From a virus, in the UHGV virus genome UHGV-0234394: a stretch of DNA of 36,353 nt. One strand, given 5' to 3'. Under the pieces are notes generated by a model, which saw only the letters and a program-made list of their open reading frames with translations, did no database searches and had not been told where the DNA came from. The translations under genes and the position numbers were made by a program. Shown here one piece after another: positions 9,123-18,491 of the stretch. Each line of letters starts with the position of its first letter. Positions within the stretch are counted from its first letter, which is position 1.

Positions 9123-9197
9123 TATGCACGCCCATAACGTAAGTATAACGGCTTGTTGGGCAGTAATAACACCGCCATATTTTCATTTTATACACCG

Positions 9198-9223
9198 CAC
9201 AATAGTGCACAAATTTGCACAAT
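9198..9223. promoter_or_regulatory. three 10-bp phased GCACAA repeats, candidate operator over the TA promoter
   Basis: GCACAA at 9198-9203, 9208-9213, 9218-9223; on the minus strand these overlap a -35-like TTGTGC followed by TATAAAAT. Confidence 0.45.
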
Positions 9224-9239
9224 TTTTTTGAACAACTTT

Positions 9240-9350
9240 TTACCCTTCCGGCCCGCGTGGCGACTGGATCCGTCAGGGATCCGTGCGTGCACAAAAAAAC
9301 GCGTTTTTTCTGCGCGCAGGTGACGGGGGAACAGCCCGCGTTTCAGGGGG
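9240..9350. other. candidate cos region
   Basis: GC-rich segment between the A-side accessory genes and the packaging genes; ggtgacgggggaacagc (9319-9335) and gcgtggcg (about 9250) resemble the P2/186 cohesive-end sequences as recalled; A7CGCGT6 palindrome at about 9292-9308. Confidence 0.3.
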
Positions 9351-9721
9351 TAAATAGCATTCCCTGAACGATGTCGCAGAGACACAACAGAATGGCCATA
9401 TTTCTCACGCTGAGCATGAAAAAGGCGTGAGGGCTTTTGATTTGATGGGGTGAAAGGTAAGGCCGTCAAAATCGCACTGAGGCAGCGAGAACATACAGTC
9501 AACGCGGTGGAATTGCGTAAGAGTCTGACCGTCGATGGTGGCGATAAACTGGAAGGCGTCGTGAAATTATCTGATTGATACAGGAGCTGGAGAGCCGGGG
9601 CATAAATTTTTTATGCCCCGGCGAAGCAGCAGACAAGCGAAGCGCGTCAGCGATACGGCACCTTGCCGACCATACTTCATAAGTGCAAAATACGAGCAAA
9701 GAAATCAATGGAGGCTGTCTT

Positions 9722-10246
9722 ATGGTCATTAATTACAAGCAGTTAAGAGAAAAACGGGAGCAGGTAAAGGAGAGCTTTCGCCGCAATGAAGATCTGACCC
9801 CGCTTGTACGCCTTGCCCAGGGCATTGTTGATGCTTATGAAATCTCGCTGGAGCTGCCATCACAGACCTGGACAGATAGCGACGGTAATCGCCAGCATTA
9901 CGTTTCATGCGGACTGGAAGCAGCCGAAGGATTTCGCAGAATGCCTTTATCCCAGATCCCTGCCGCTACCCCCAAAGCATGGGGCAGCAATGATGAGCGA
10001 AAACTGACTTTTAGTATTGAAACGGTGGTTGACGACACACCTGGCGAAGTCGCGTTCGTACACACTCCTGTTTCGATCGCAATGTATAACGATGAAATAC
10101 AGGTTCGCGTTAATAATAATATCGTGCCACTTAAAGAAGGTAATTCACCCTACACCACCGTTTGTGAAGCCATTCAATATTACGTTCTCTCTGAAATTGA
10201 TAATCTCAAGCCTGACGGCACCCAGAAAATGGTTCAACTCTGGTAA
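9722..10246 (+). CDS. hypothetical protein (174 aa), accessory gene of unknown function
   Basis: Track ORF 9683..10246; ATG at 9722 has GGAGG 7 nt upstream; no recognisable motif; ends at a bidirectional terminator. Confidence 0.6.
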   Translation: MVINYKQLREKREQVKESFRRNEDLTPLVRLAQGIVDAYEISLELPSQTWTDSDGNRQHYVSCGLEAAEGFRRMPLSQIPAATPKAWGSNDERKLTFSIETVVDDTPGEVAFVHTPVSIAMYNDEIQVRVNNNIVPLKEGNSPYTTVCEAIQYYVLSEIDNLKPDGTQKMVQLW

Positions 10247-10277
10247 AAAGGACAGCCCCATCACGGGGCTGTTTTTT
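10245..10277. terminator. bidirectional intrinsic terminator
   Basis: A5, stem acagcccc/ggggctgt, then T6; sits between convergent ORFs. Confidence 0.7.
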
Positions 10278-11307
10278 CATCAAGAAGAGCATAAGAGTTA
10301 AAACGGATCACCTCTTCGCCAAGCCAGTCATTGATGTGCTTCATAGCCTCCATGACGGGCATCAGCTCGTTAATTGCGTAAACCCGCGCTGCCTTCTCCA
10401 CATCGCCAAACGCACTTTTTTCGCCCGGCATCGCCCCCATCAGTTGCGGCGGAACGCGGTGCGCAGCCAGCACATCATCACGGGATGCCGCCTTAACATT
10501 CATGAATTCATCTTTTGCGGTGATCTGCTGGAACGGCAAAATTTGCACCCCCTCTTTGCCCCCGTTGGGCGCATGAATGAGCACGTTTTTAAACGCACCA
10601 CCACCACGTGCCCCCTGTAGCGTTTCTTTCAGGGAGTCCATGCTTTCGCGGTTTACCTGCGCTGCACCGATGTAGATGATGCACCCGGCGTGGGATCCGT
10701 TGTCGTAGTACAGTTTTCTGAACATGTCCGCCGAATGAGAAAGGCTGGCCGAGAGTAATGCGCCAAGATATTCCGGCATGCCGTAGATTTCCTGGTTAAT
10801 ATCCGGATTCATCAGGTGGCACACTTTGCCAGGACGAAACTGAAACGCGTCCTTGCCATCCTGCACATACCACCATGATTCAAGATCGCTTCCGCGTCGC
10901 ATGTATTTCGCCAGGGCGTGCCGTAATTTAAGCGGTTCGCCGAGCATATTGCTTCGAAGCTCAAGGAATGCGTTACCGAACACAAACCAGTCCAGCGCCA
11001 GCGCCGAGAAATCCTGCCGGGAAAGCAGCGGGTGCGGGATGTAGCAACCGAGTAATACATTGCGCTTAAAGTAAAGCGCAGACTGATGCCAGGACGTTTG
11101 CCGGGCAGCTCTTGCCAGACCGTACCAGTCCACCGGGGTTTCATACCACCGCCCGTTATCAGCACAGTACATATTGTCCAGCAGGTCATGCCCGGTCAGG
11201 CGATAAGGACCATCAAATGTGAATGCACTGAGCGATGATTCTTTCCTGAGCGCATCAGCGAGATCAATGCGTGAACTCATGCGCACTTTTTTATTTTTTC
11301 TGCTCAT
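10261..11307 (-). CDS. Q: portal protein (P2 Q-like)
   Basis: 348 aa; position and orientation as P2 Q, adjacent to terminase; start codon not refined. Confidence 0.8.
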   Translation of the reverse strand: MSRKNKKVRMSSRIDLADALRKESSLSAFTFDGPYRLTGHDLLDNMYCADNGRWYETPVDWYGLARAARQTSWHQSALYFKRNVLLGCYIPHPLLSRQDFSALALDWFVFGNAFLELRSNMLGEPLKLRHALAKYMRRGSDLESWWYVQDGKDAFQFRPGKVCHLMNPDINQEIYGMPEYLGALLSASLSHSADMFRKLYYDNGSHAGCIIYIGAAQVNRESMDSLKETLQGARGGGAFKNVLIHAPNGGKEGVQILPFQQITAKDEFMNVKAASRDDVLAAHRVPPQLMGAMPGEKSAFGDVEKAARVYAINELMPVMEAMKHINDWLGEEVIRFNSYALLDEKTAP

Positions 11308-13058
11308 CAGAACTCCATAACTGTGAAACGCTCGTTTTCTCCTTCGCCGCCAATTGGTTCGTTAATGACAGCAAGCATGGTTGCCCACGCAAGGTCGCCG
11401 TGGCTGATCCCCCTCGCGCGGTCCGTTTCGTAAGTGATAAAGCCGCCCGGTGTTTTCACCTTACGCACGGCGTTAAAGGCTGCGACCAGCTCGCGTTCGG
11501 CGCGATCGTATTCCCACCGCCCGGCACGCATTATTTGCAGCATTTTCAGTACCAGCGACCGTTTTGATGACAGCGTGAAGGTGTACGGAATAGCAGCAGG
11601 GAAAAACCGTTTCACTATCTGATAAACAGCCTCCCCGTTCCCGCCCGTCACATCAATGCCGATGTGTTCCACGTTGTAGCGACACGTGAACTCTTCAATG
11701 ACTCTGGCCTGTTCTTCAAACTCCAGCCCCTGAACGCGTCGCGTCTCCACCGTTCGAAAACGGCCACCAGGAACAGACGGAGGAACCACCACGGACACAG
11801 CGCCGCTGTCGCCGTTGCCACTGCTGCCGTTTGCGTCATACCCAATCCATACCGGACGATTCCCCATCGGGCGGGGAGCAAAAGGTTTCCAGTCTTTCCA
11901 GTCGTCGTATCCGTCAACACCACAGCCAATCAGGATATTCAGGTTAAATGCCGATTCCCCTTCGCGGACAAACTCACACATATAGAGATTGAGGAACTCG
12001 TCTTCGGTGTTTTCATCACGAATTTCATCAATATCGGTGTGTTTCCAGCCGTGATTAACCACATCTTCCAGCGTGACAATTTGCCGCCACGTCCGGTCAG
12101 GGCAGATAAGCCCGTTATGCAGCGTTTTCCAGTCCACAGAAAAACGCTGGCGTTTATGCGTGGCCTTTTTCTCGTTCCAGCGGTCGCCGTTCCAGTAGGC
12201 GTATGCCTCGTGCGTTTCGGTGGATGGCGTGGAGAAGTAGGTGCGCCGCAGTCCGCTGAGGGTTGCCATAGCGCCAGCCACCTTGCGCAGTTCAGCAAAG
12301 CGACTGACCCAGAAAAATTCATCAAAATAAAAATTGCCCGTATAGGACTGCGCCGACGCAGCAGAAGTGCCGAGAAAATGCAGCTCTGCGCCGTTGGAGA
12401 GGATGATTTTATCGCCCCCTTTCAGCTCCACATCAACTTCAGCCGCGGCCTTCTGAATAATGCTTTTAAACTGGAACGCCTGACGACGCGACGCAGACAA
12501 AAAAATCTGGTTACGCTGGTAAGGTTGCGCCACATCGTCACGCAGCGCCATCAGCAGTGCTTCCTGTGCAAAATACCAGGTCGCGCCAATCTGTCGGGAT
12601 TTCAGGATCATCCTGTTACGTATCCCGGCTTCCCTGCAAAGGGTCAGGGAGTCAAACCAGCCCCGCTGATGCCACTCCAGCCTGCTGATGATTTTTTCCC
12701 GCAGTGCGGCAATCTGTTCCGGCGTGAAATGATTTTTGAGTTTTTTCGCCCGGCCTTTCTTTCCTGTGGCCGTCGCATCCGGCTGGCCATCATGCATTTT
12801 TTTAAGCTGCCGGGTCAGCAGGTCTATTTCCTTAAAGTCACCGCCTGTTTTATTCTGTTTTTCAGTAAGCTGGATGAGGCGCGCATCGATGGACTGCGTG
12901 ACACGCTGCACGGGTGGCGTTTCATCCCACTGGTCGCGTTTTTTCCACGCATAAATCGTGTTCGGGTTTATTCCCATCAGACGTGATATTTCTGCGGGCG
13001 GATAACCCTGCCAGTAAAGTTGCCGCGCACGCTGGCGCACAAAAGCGTCCTGAATCAT
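11307..13058 (-). CDS. P: terminase large (ATPase) subunit (P2 P-like)
   Basis: 583 aa; same size class and position as P2 P, divergent from O. Confidence 0.85.
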   Translation of the reverse strand: MIQDAFVRQRARQLYWQGYPPAEISRLMGINPNTIYAWKKRDQWDETPPVQRVTQSIDARLIQLTEKQNKTGGDFKEIDLLTRQLKKMHDGQPDATATGKKGRAKKLKNHFTPEQIAALREKIISRLEWHQRGWFDSLTLCREAGIRNRMILKSRQIGATWYFAQEALLMALRDDVAQPYQRNQIFLSASRRQAFQFKSIIQKAAAEVDVELKGGDKIILSNGAELHFLGTSAASAQSYTGNFYFDEFFWVSRFAELRKVAGAMATLSGLRRTYFSTPSTETHEAYAYWNGDRWNEKKATHKRQRFSVDWKTLHNGLICPDRTWRQIVTLEDVVNHGWKHTDIDEIRDENTEDEFLNLYMCEFVREGESAFNLNILIGCGVDGYDDWKDWKPFAPRPMGNRPVWIGYDANGSSGNGDSGAVSVVVPPSVPGGRFRTVETRRVQGLEFEEQARVIEEFTCRYNVEHIGIDVTGGNGEAVYQIVKRFFPAAIPYTFTLSSKRSLVLKMLQIMRAGRWEYDRAERELVAAFNAVRKVKTPGGFITYETDRARGISHGDLAWATMLAVINEPIGGEGENERFTVMEF

Positions 13059-13212
13059 TGCTCCCCCTGAGTAATTACAGGAAGATTACCCGCGCGCGAA
13101 ACCGTTCTCCTTACCCCCCTGTTCTGGCCGTTTTCTTACAACAAAAGCCCTTTGTATCAGCCTGTTACGCTTTGCCATCATGACTGAAGAACCAGTCAGA
13201 GGGGCAAAAACT

Positions 13213-14049
13213 ATGGCTAATGAAAAAAAGACATCCCGCAAAAAGTTTCGCGTGGCTGTCTCCGGTGTAACGGCAGACGGGCGCGAAATCAACGGCGACA
13301 TGCTGAAAGCTGCCGCCACCAGTTATAACCCGTCCGTTTATGGTGCACGTGTGAATATTGAGCACATCCTGTCACCACTCCCCGGTAGCGAGTTTTCCGC
13401 TATGGGCGATGTTGTGGGGTTGAGCACCGAAGACATAACCGATGGCCCGCTGGCAGGCCGCACGGCACTGTATGCCGAAATTGAGCCGACCGCTCGCATG
13501 ATGTCCCTGCTTAACGATGGTAAAAAAATTTACTCCAGTATTGAGCTGGAACCACAGTCAACCATCACGGGAGGCCCTTACCTGCGCGGGCTGGCAATGA
13601 CCGACACCCCTGCCAGCCTGGGCACGGAACGTCTGGCCTTTGCGGCACAACAACGTATGCAACTGATGACATTCAACTGTCAGCAGGGAGACGTGGCGAT
13701 GTTTACCGCCGCTATGGAGTCAGAACTTATCGAACTCACCGAACAACGTCAGGAAGAAGGCACCCAGTGGTTTAACCGCGTTATGGGGATTATTGGCCGT
13801 GGCCGCAAAGCGGATGACGCCAGTTTCTCCCGTATTCAGGAAGCGGTGGAAGGTGTCGCAACGTCACAGGCCGACATTATCGACCGTTTTAATGTGCTGG
13901 AAACCCGCCATCAGCAGGACAGCCAGAAAATCACTTTACTGACCACAGAGCTGGCAGCACTGAAGGAAAAACTGCGCACGCAGGACGGCGATCCGCAGAA
14001 CCGGTTCACCGCAACAGGTGCAGCCTCCGACCAGCTGGCTGACTTCTGA
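13213..14049 (+). CDS. O: capsid scaffolding protein (P2 O-like)
   Basis: Track ORF 13180..14049; ATG at 13213 with GAGGGG upstream; position before the major capsid gene. Confidence 0.8.
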   Translation: MANEKKTSRKKFRVAVSGVTADGREINGDMLKAAATSYNPSVYGARVNIEHILSPLPGSEFSAMGDVVGLSTEDITDGPLAGRTALYAEIEPTARMMSLLNDGKKIYSSIELEPQSTITGGPYLRGLAMTDTPASLGTERLAFAAQQRMQLMTFNCQQGDVAMFTAAMESELIELTEQRQEEGTQWFNRVMGIIGRGRKADDASFSRIQEAVEGVATSQADIIDRFNVLETRHQQDSQKITLLTTELAALKEKLRTQDGDPQNRFTATGAASDQLADF

Positions 14050-14072
14050 TAAGACAAAGGAGCAAATTTTTT

Positions 14073-15125
14073 ATGAATCTGGTGATGTCAGATATTACCC
14101 GCAACAAGCTGGGTTGCTATATGGCGCAGCAGGCGTCGCTTAACAATATCCCGGTTTCTGCACTGGTATCGCGATTTACCGTGGAACCCGCGGTGCAGCA
14201 GCGTTTTGAAAACGCCTCAAAGGAAAGTACCGAATTTACGAAAAGAATTAACGTGATCGGCGTGACCGACCAGAAAGGCGAAAAAATCCTCCTGGATACC
14301 ACAGGACCGATTGCGCGCACGAATACCAGTTATGACGGCACAAAACGCCGTAACCCGAATAACGTGGTTGATCTGAAAAACCGCAAATACCAGTGCGAAC
14401 AGGTGAACTACGACACGTTTATTTCGTATCCGCAGCTTGATGCCTGGTCGGCACACCCTGATTTTCAGTCCCGCATCAGCGCACAGATTGCCCGACAGGT
14501 GGCACTTGACCGCATCATGATCGGTTTCAACGGCACGTCTCACGCGGATGAGTCCAACTTCAGCACCAACAAGTTGCTTCAGGACGTTAACGTGGGGTGG
14601 CTGGAGCACATCAGAACCGACGCCAGCGAACGCGTTATGAATGACGTGACGCTGACCTCCCGTAACATGGACAACACCGTGGCGCACGCGGGTAAGTATG
14701 CGAACGCTGATGCACTGGTACAGGACGCGCGCTCATCCCTGCTGGATGAATGGCACAAGGAAGCTGACGACCTCGTGGTGATTATGGGGCGCAACCTGTT
14801 TAACTCGCTGCGTCTGCCCGTGCTAAACAGCATCAGCGGCCAGAATCCCAATGCGGAATTACTTGCCGGGCAGCTCATTCTGTCATCGCGCACCATTGGC
14901 GGGCTGGGCGTGTTCCTTGCGCCGTTCTTCCCGGATTCAACGATGCTGATCACCTCGTTCAACAACCTGTCGATTTACTGGCAGAAAGGTTCAATGCGTC
15001 GTCTGATGAAAGATGAACCGGAATACAACCGCATCGCCACCTACCAGTCCATCAATGACGCTTATGTCGTTGAAGACTATGGCAAGTGCGCGATGGTCAC
15101 TGGCCTGAAGTTCGCCGACAGCTAA
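14073..15125 (+). CDS. N: major capsid protein (P2 N-like)
   Basis: 350 aa; clear resemblance to P2 N along its length (GFNGTS, LSIYW, YVVEDY regions). Confidence 0.9.
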   Translation: MNLVMSDITRNKLGCYMAQQASLNNIPVSALVSRFTVEPAVQQRFENASKESTEFTKRINVIGVTDQKGEKILLDTTGPIARTNTSYDGTKRRNPNNVVDLKNRKYQCEQVNYDTFISYPQLDAWSAHPDFQSRISAQIARQVALDRIMIGFNGTSHADESNFSTNKLLQDVNVGWLEHIRTDASERVMNDVTLTSRNMDNTVAHAGKYANADALVQDARSSLLDEWHKEADDLVVIMGRNLFNSLRLPVLNSISGQNPNAELLAGQLILSSRTIGGLGVFLAPFFPDSTMLITSFNNLSIYWQKGSMRRLMKDEPEYNRIATYQSINDAYVVEDYGKCAMVTGLKFADS

Positions 15126-15170
15126 TCAACTCACGGCGGGCATCATGCCCGCCTGTAACGGAGAGAAAAA

Positions 15171-15971
15171 ATGATTACTCCTGCACAGCAACACTGGCAG
15201 AACGTGATGGCACAGCGCGCAGGCCGGGCGAATGAAGGCGTGGACCACGCCGCGCGTACCGCGCATGAAGAGGTGCTGTATCGTCTGCGTCTGGCACAGG
15301 CCCGGCTTAAGGGCGTACAGGCCAGAAGTGCCAAAGCCGCCATCAAAAAAGAGTTGTTGCCGGACTTTTCCGGCTGGATTGAGGGAACGCTGGAGGCTGA
15401 CGGCGGGCAGCAGGATGAAGTGATTGCCACGCTGATGGTGTGGGCGATTGACTGCGGCGATCTTCCGCTGGCGCTGCGTATTGGTGCGTATGTGGTCCGT
15501 CACAACCTCATCATGCCGGATAACTTTGGCCGTACTGCTGCCACGGTACTGACCGAAGAAATCTGCAACCCGGTACTGACGCAGGCCGGGGCGGATGCCG
15601 ACGCGGATTTGTCCACCTTTATCGAACCACTGGACACACTTTGGGAAATTGTCGCCAACCAGGATATGCCGGACGAAGTGCGCGCCAAATTATGCAAGGC
15701 GTGCGCCTTTGCCCGCCGTGGCCTGAGCGATGCGGACAGCATGGCCTCATCACTGAAGCTGCTGCGCGAAGCGATGCACCTGAACCCGAACGCAGGTGTG
15801 AAACGCGAGATTGCAACCCTTTCCCGCGCCCTGAAAAAAGCTGATTCCGCAGCCGCACCAGAAGATGCCAGCACACCGCAGACGCAGGACGAAAGCAGCA
15901 AAAGTAAAAAGACAACGCGGAAGCCTGCAACACGAAAAACCACCGCGACGCAGAAGGCGAAGCGCGGTTAA
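15171..15971 (+). CDS. M: terminase small / endonuclease subunit (P2 M-like)
   Basis: 266 aa; position after N; basic Lys/Thr-rich C-terminus. Confidence 0.8.
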   Translation: MITPAQQHWQNVMAQRAGRANEGVDHAARTAHEEVLYRLRLAQARLKGVQARSAKAAIKKELLPDFSGWIEGTLEADGGQQDEVIATLMVWAIDCGDLPLALRIGAYVVRHNLIMPDNFGRTAATVLTEEICNPVLTQAGADADADLSTFIEPLDTLWEIVANQDMPDEVRAKLCKACAFARRGLSDADSMASSLKLLREAMHLNPNAGVKREIATLSRALKKADSAAAPEDASTPQTQDESSKSKKTTRKPATRKTTATQKAKRG

Positions 15972-16072
15972 CGACTGACCCCGTCAGCGGGCGGCGTGCG
16001 CGGTGTTCCGGTTTGACTCCGTGACCGTTTACACCGCGCACCCACCGCCCGATTTTTTCAGGAGTGAACCCC

Positions 16073-16567
16073 ATGAGTATGGTTGCCAGAACTGAACCCG
16101 GACCCGCAGAGGACGACATCACCGATACCGATGATGGTGATACCCGTATTTCAGCGGGCGCATTCTGGCCGGATATTGTGCTGCGTGAGCTGCGTCTGGC
16201 GATACGACTGCCGGGCCGTGTGACCACCTCCCGCCTGCTGCATACCGCCACCGGGGCCGTGGCACACGTTACCCGCGAACTGGAAGCGTGGCAGCAGGAA
16301 CAGCAGGCGGCTGGCCATCAGACGCTGGCCGATGTTCCGGCACCCGTAATTAACGGAGAAAGCGTCAATCTCTGGCACTGGCGCAATGCCGTTTATACCG
16401 CCACACGCGCCCTGATTCTGGAGCGTTACCGCGATGCGGACACAACGGACAAGGGCGACCGCCGGGCGGACGCACTGGATATACAGACATCGGATTTGTG
16501 GCGCGATGTGAGCTGGGCCATCTCTGACATTCTGCGCCGCCCGCGAATTTTTGCGGAGCTGTGCTGA
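16073..16567 (+). CDS. L: head completion/stabilisation protein (P2 L-like)
   Basis: Track ORF 16064..16567; ATG at 16073 with AGGAG upstream. Confidence 0.75.
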   Translation: MSMVARTEPGPAEDDITDTDDGDTRISAGAFWPDIVLRELRLAIRLPGRVTTSRLLHTATGAVAHVTRELEAWQQEQQAAGHQTLADVPAPVINGESVNLWHWRNAVYTATRALILERYRDADTTDKGDRRADALDIQTSDLWRDVSWAISDILRRPRIFAELC

Positions 16568-16767
16568 TGAAAGTGAAGGCACTGGAAGGCGACACCGTGG
16601 ATTCGCTCTGTTTCCGGTACTACGGCACGACGCAGGGCGTCACCGAAAAGGTGCTGGATGCCAACCCCGGACTCTGTCAGCAGGTATTTCTGGACGCCGG
16701 GCAGGACGTGGAGATGCCGGAGCCGGAGAAGAAGAAACGAGAAATGATTCAGTTGTGGGGGGAGTAG
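16567..16767 (+). CDS. X: tail protein X
   Basis: 67 aa; ATG overlaps L stop (TGATG); small protein preceding the lysis genes as in P2. Confidence 0.75.
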   Translation: MKVKALEGDTVDSLCFRYYGTTQGVTEKVLDANPGLCQQVFLDAGQDVEMPEPEKKKREMIQLWGE

Positions 16768-16769
16768 CA

Positions 16770-17093
16770 GTGAACACCATTCAAACAGGGATCACAGAGC
16801 AGGTTATTGCATGGCTCTTTGACCACCTGCCAACGGTGTATGCAGTAGGCGCGGCGGTCAGCATTTCCGCGCTGATGAGTCTTTATGACGGACGAACACT
16901 GGTTCAGACCGTAACGGGATCGCTGGCGTGCGGCGTTCTTGCCATGGCCGTGGCCGGGTCGTTGCGCTTCTTCGGTTTTCCTGAAGATGCCGTGACGTTT
17001 ATCGGCGCATCAATCGGTTTTATGGGGGCAGAGAAAGCACGCGACAAGGTTATTGCGGCCTTTAATCGCAGGGTGAAGGAGAAGGACGAATGA
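16770..17093 (+). CDS. holin (putative)
   Basis: In-frame GTG with a G-rich SD; about 107 aa with two hydrophobic segments and charged C-terminus; immediately upstream of the endolysin. Confidence 0.55.
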   Translation: MNTIQTGITEQVIAWLFDHLPTVYAVGAAVSISALMSLYDGRTLVQTVTGSLACGVLAMAVAGSLRFFGFPEDAVTFIGASIGFMGAEKARDKVIAAFNRRVKEKDE

Positions 17094-17482
17094 GCAACAC
17101 ATTTAAATTCAGCAGCCGGAGCGAAAAGAATTTGCAGGGCGTAAATCCTGATCTGGTGAAAGTGACCCGACGGGCACTGGAAATCTCGGAAGTGGATTTT
17201 GGTATCACCGAAGGGTTGCGCAGCCGTTACCGCCAGAAGCAACTGGTGGCCACGGGTAAGAGCCAGACCATGAACAGCCGCCACCTTACGGGTCATGCCG
17301 TGGATGTTGTGGCTTATATCGGCAGCCAGGTGTCATGGGAATGGCCGCTGTACGAAAAAATCGCAACCGCATTCAGACAGGCCAGCCGGGAACTGAATAT
17401 TCCGGTGGAATGGGGCGGCGACTGGAAGACCCTGAAAGACGGACCGCATTTTCAGTTACCACACGGAGCCTATCCGGCATGA
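17090..17482 (+). CDS. endolysin, peptidase M15-type rather than P2 K-type lysozyme
   Basis: 130 aa; SRHLTGHAVDV-type zinc-peptidase signature as I recognise it; located in the lysis cassette. Confidence 0.7.
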   Translation: MSNTFKFSSRSEKNLQGVNPDLVKVTRRALEISEVDFGITEGLRSRYRQKQLVATGKSQTMNSRHLTGHAVDVVAYIGSQVSWEWPLYEKIATAFRQASRELNIPVEWGGDWKTLKDGPHFQLPHGAYPA

Positions 17483-17886
17483 AGCTCTGGCCCACGCTTG
17501 GCGTCGCTTTCCTTCTGATTGCCGGATGGGGAACATCCATGCGTCTGTCGTGGTCGCTGGGCCGGGAGAACGCCAGAAACGAAGCGCAGGCCAGCACCCT
17601 GAAAAGTACCGCCGACACCCTGAATATCATCAGCGCCGGGGTACAGGATATGCAGCAGGTGCTGGCGCAACTCCGCGTGGAAAATCAGCAACGCAATCAG
17701 GACGGAGAGGTAAGACGTGAACAGCTACGCAACGATATTGCAAAAGATGAATGCGCCCACGCTTTGCCTGACGCTCGTTTTACTGACAGGCTGCGCAGGC
17801 ACGCAGAACGCGCCACTGCCAGCGCCGTCAGTCCGGCTTATACCGCAGACGCTGACCATACCGGTAACGCCTCCCCCCTTCCCTGA
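17479..17886 (+). CDS. i-spanin (Rz / LysB-like)
   Basis: ATG overlaps endolysin stop; N-terminal TM segment then a charged, helix-prone periplasmic domain. Confidence 0.65.
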   Translation: MKLWPTLGVAFLLIAGWGTSMRLSWSLGRENARNEAQASTLKSTADTLNIISAGVQDMQQVLAQLRVENQQRNQDGEVRREQLRNDIAKDECAHALPDARFTDRLRRHAERATASAVSPAYTADADHTGNASPLP

Positions 17887-18037
17887 CACTCCCACATGGG
17901 GAAATCTCGGTATATGGGGCGACCGCCTTCTGGATGCACTGGAAACCTGTAACGCGGATAAACGGGCCATTGAATTACTGGAACAGCGCAGGCTGCAACG
18001 ACTGAACAACGAGGACAACAACCATGCTGAAAACTGA
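17717..18037 (+). CDS. o-spanin lipoprotein (Rz1 / LysC-like), overlapping the i-spanin 3' end
   Basis: Alternate frame overlapping the i-spanin; lipobox LLTGC; proline-rich; start is GTG 17717 or ATG 17747. Confidence 0.6.
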   Translation: MNSYATILQKMNAPTLCLTLVLLTGCAGTQNAPLPAPSVRLIPQTLTIPVTPPPFPDTPTWGNLGIWGDRLLDALETCNADKRAIELLEQRRLQRLNNEDNNHAEN

Positions 18038-18491
18038 TTCCCTGCGTGAAGCCATGACCCGTTCATGCCGATGGTGTCAGGCTAACCCGGAAAAATTCAC
18101 CATTTTCGTGGAGAGCGGCAACATTGAAACGACCGGAGAAACGCCCTCGTTTGTTTACCGCTATCAGATGGTGATGTTTGTCATGGATTACGCCGGAGAG
18201 CTGGACGACCTCACGCTGCCGCTGCTGGCGTGGTTATCCGAAAATCAGCCACAGTTGTTGCTCAATCCGGAGCGTAATCAGGACATCAAATTCTCCGCCG
18301 TTATCAATGACGATGACAGCGCCGATCTCCTGTTTACGCTCCCCCTGCGGGAACGCGTTCGCATCACGCGCAGCAGTCAGGGCACACCGCAGGCAGAACA
18401 CCTGCCGGAGCCAAAACCCCGCCTGCCATCTTCCGAAGGCGACTGGTCGCATGTATTCCAGGATGTGACGTGGGGTGAAAGCGATGGATAA
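18024..18491 (+). CDS. R: tail completion protein (P2 R-like)
   Basis: 155 aa, same length and position as P2 R. Confidence 0.75.
   Translation: MLKTDSLREAMTRSCRWCQANPEKFTIFVESGNIETTGETPSFVYRYQMVMFVMDYAGELDDLTLPLLAWLSENQPQLLLNPERNQDIKFSAVINDDDSADLLFTLPLRERVRITRSSQGTPQAEHLPEPKPRLPSSEGDWSHVFQDVTWGESDG

Noticed and set aside
11664-12986. 440-aa plus-strand ORF inside the terminase gene
   Set aside because: Antisense to a confidently identified terminase large subunit; no start context; composition of a shadow ORF.
13059-13212. Ogr-type late promoter motif (TGT-N12-ACA) in the P/O divergent region and upstream of FI and D
   Set aside because: Only imperfect matches with wrong spacing were seen by eye; not reported as features.
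15619-16251. 210-aa minus-strand ORF overlapping M and L, and similar shadow ORFs across the A, T and H genes
   Set aside because: All overlap well-supported structural genes on the opposite strand and lack ribosome-binding sites.
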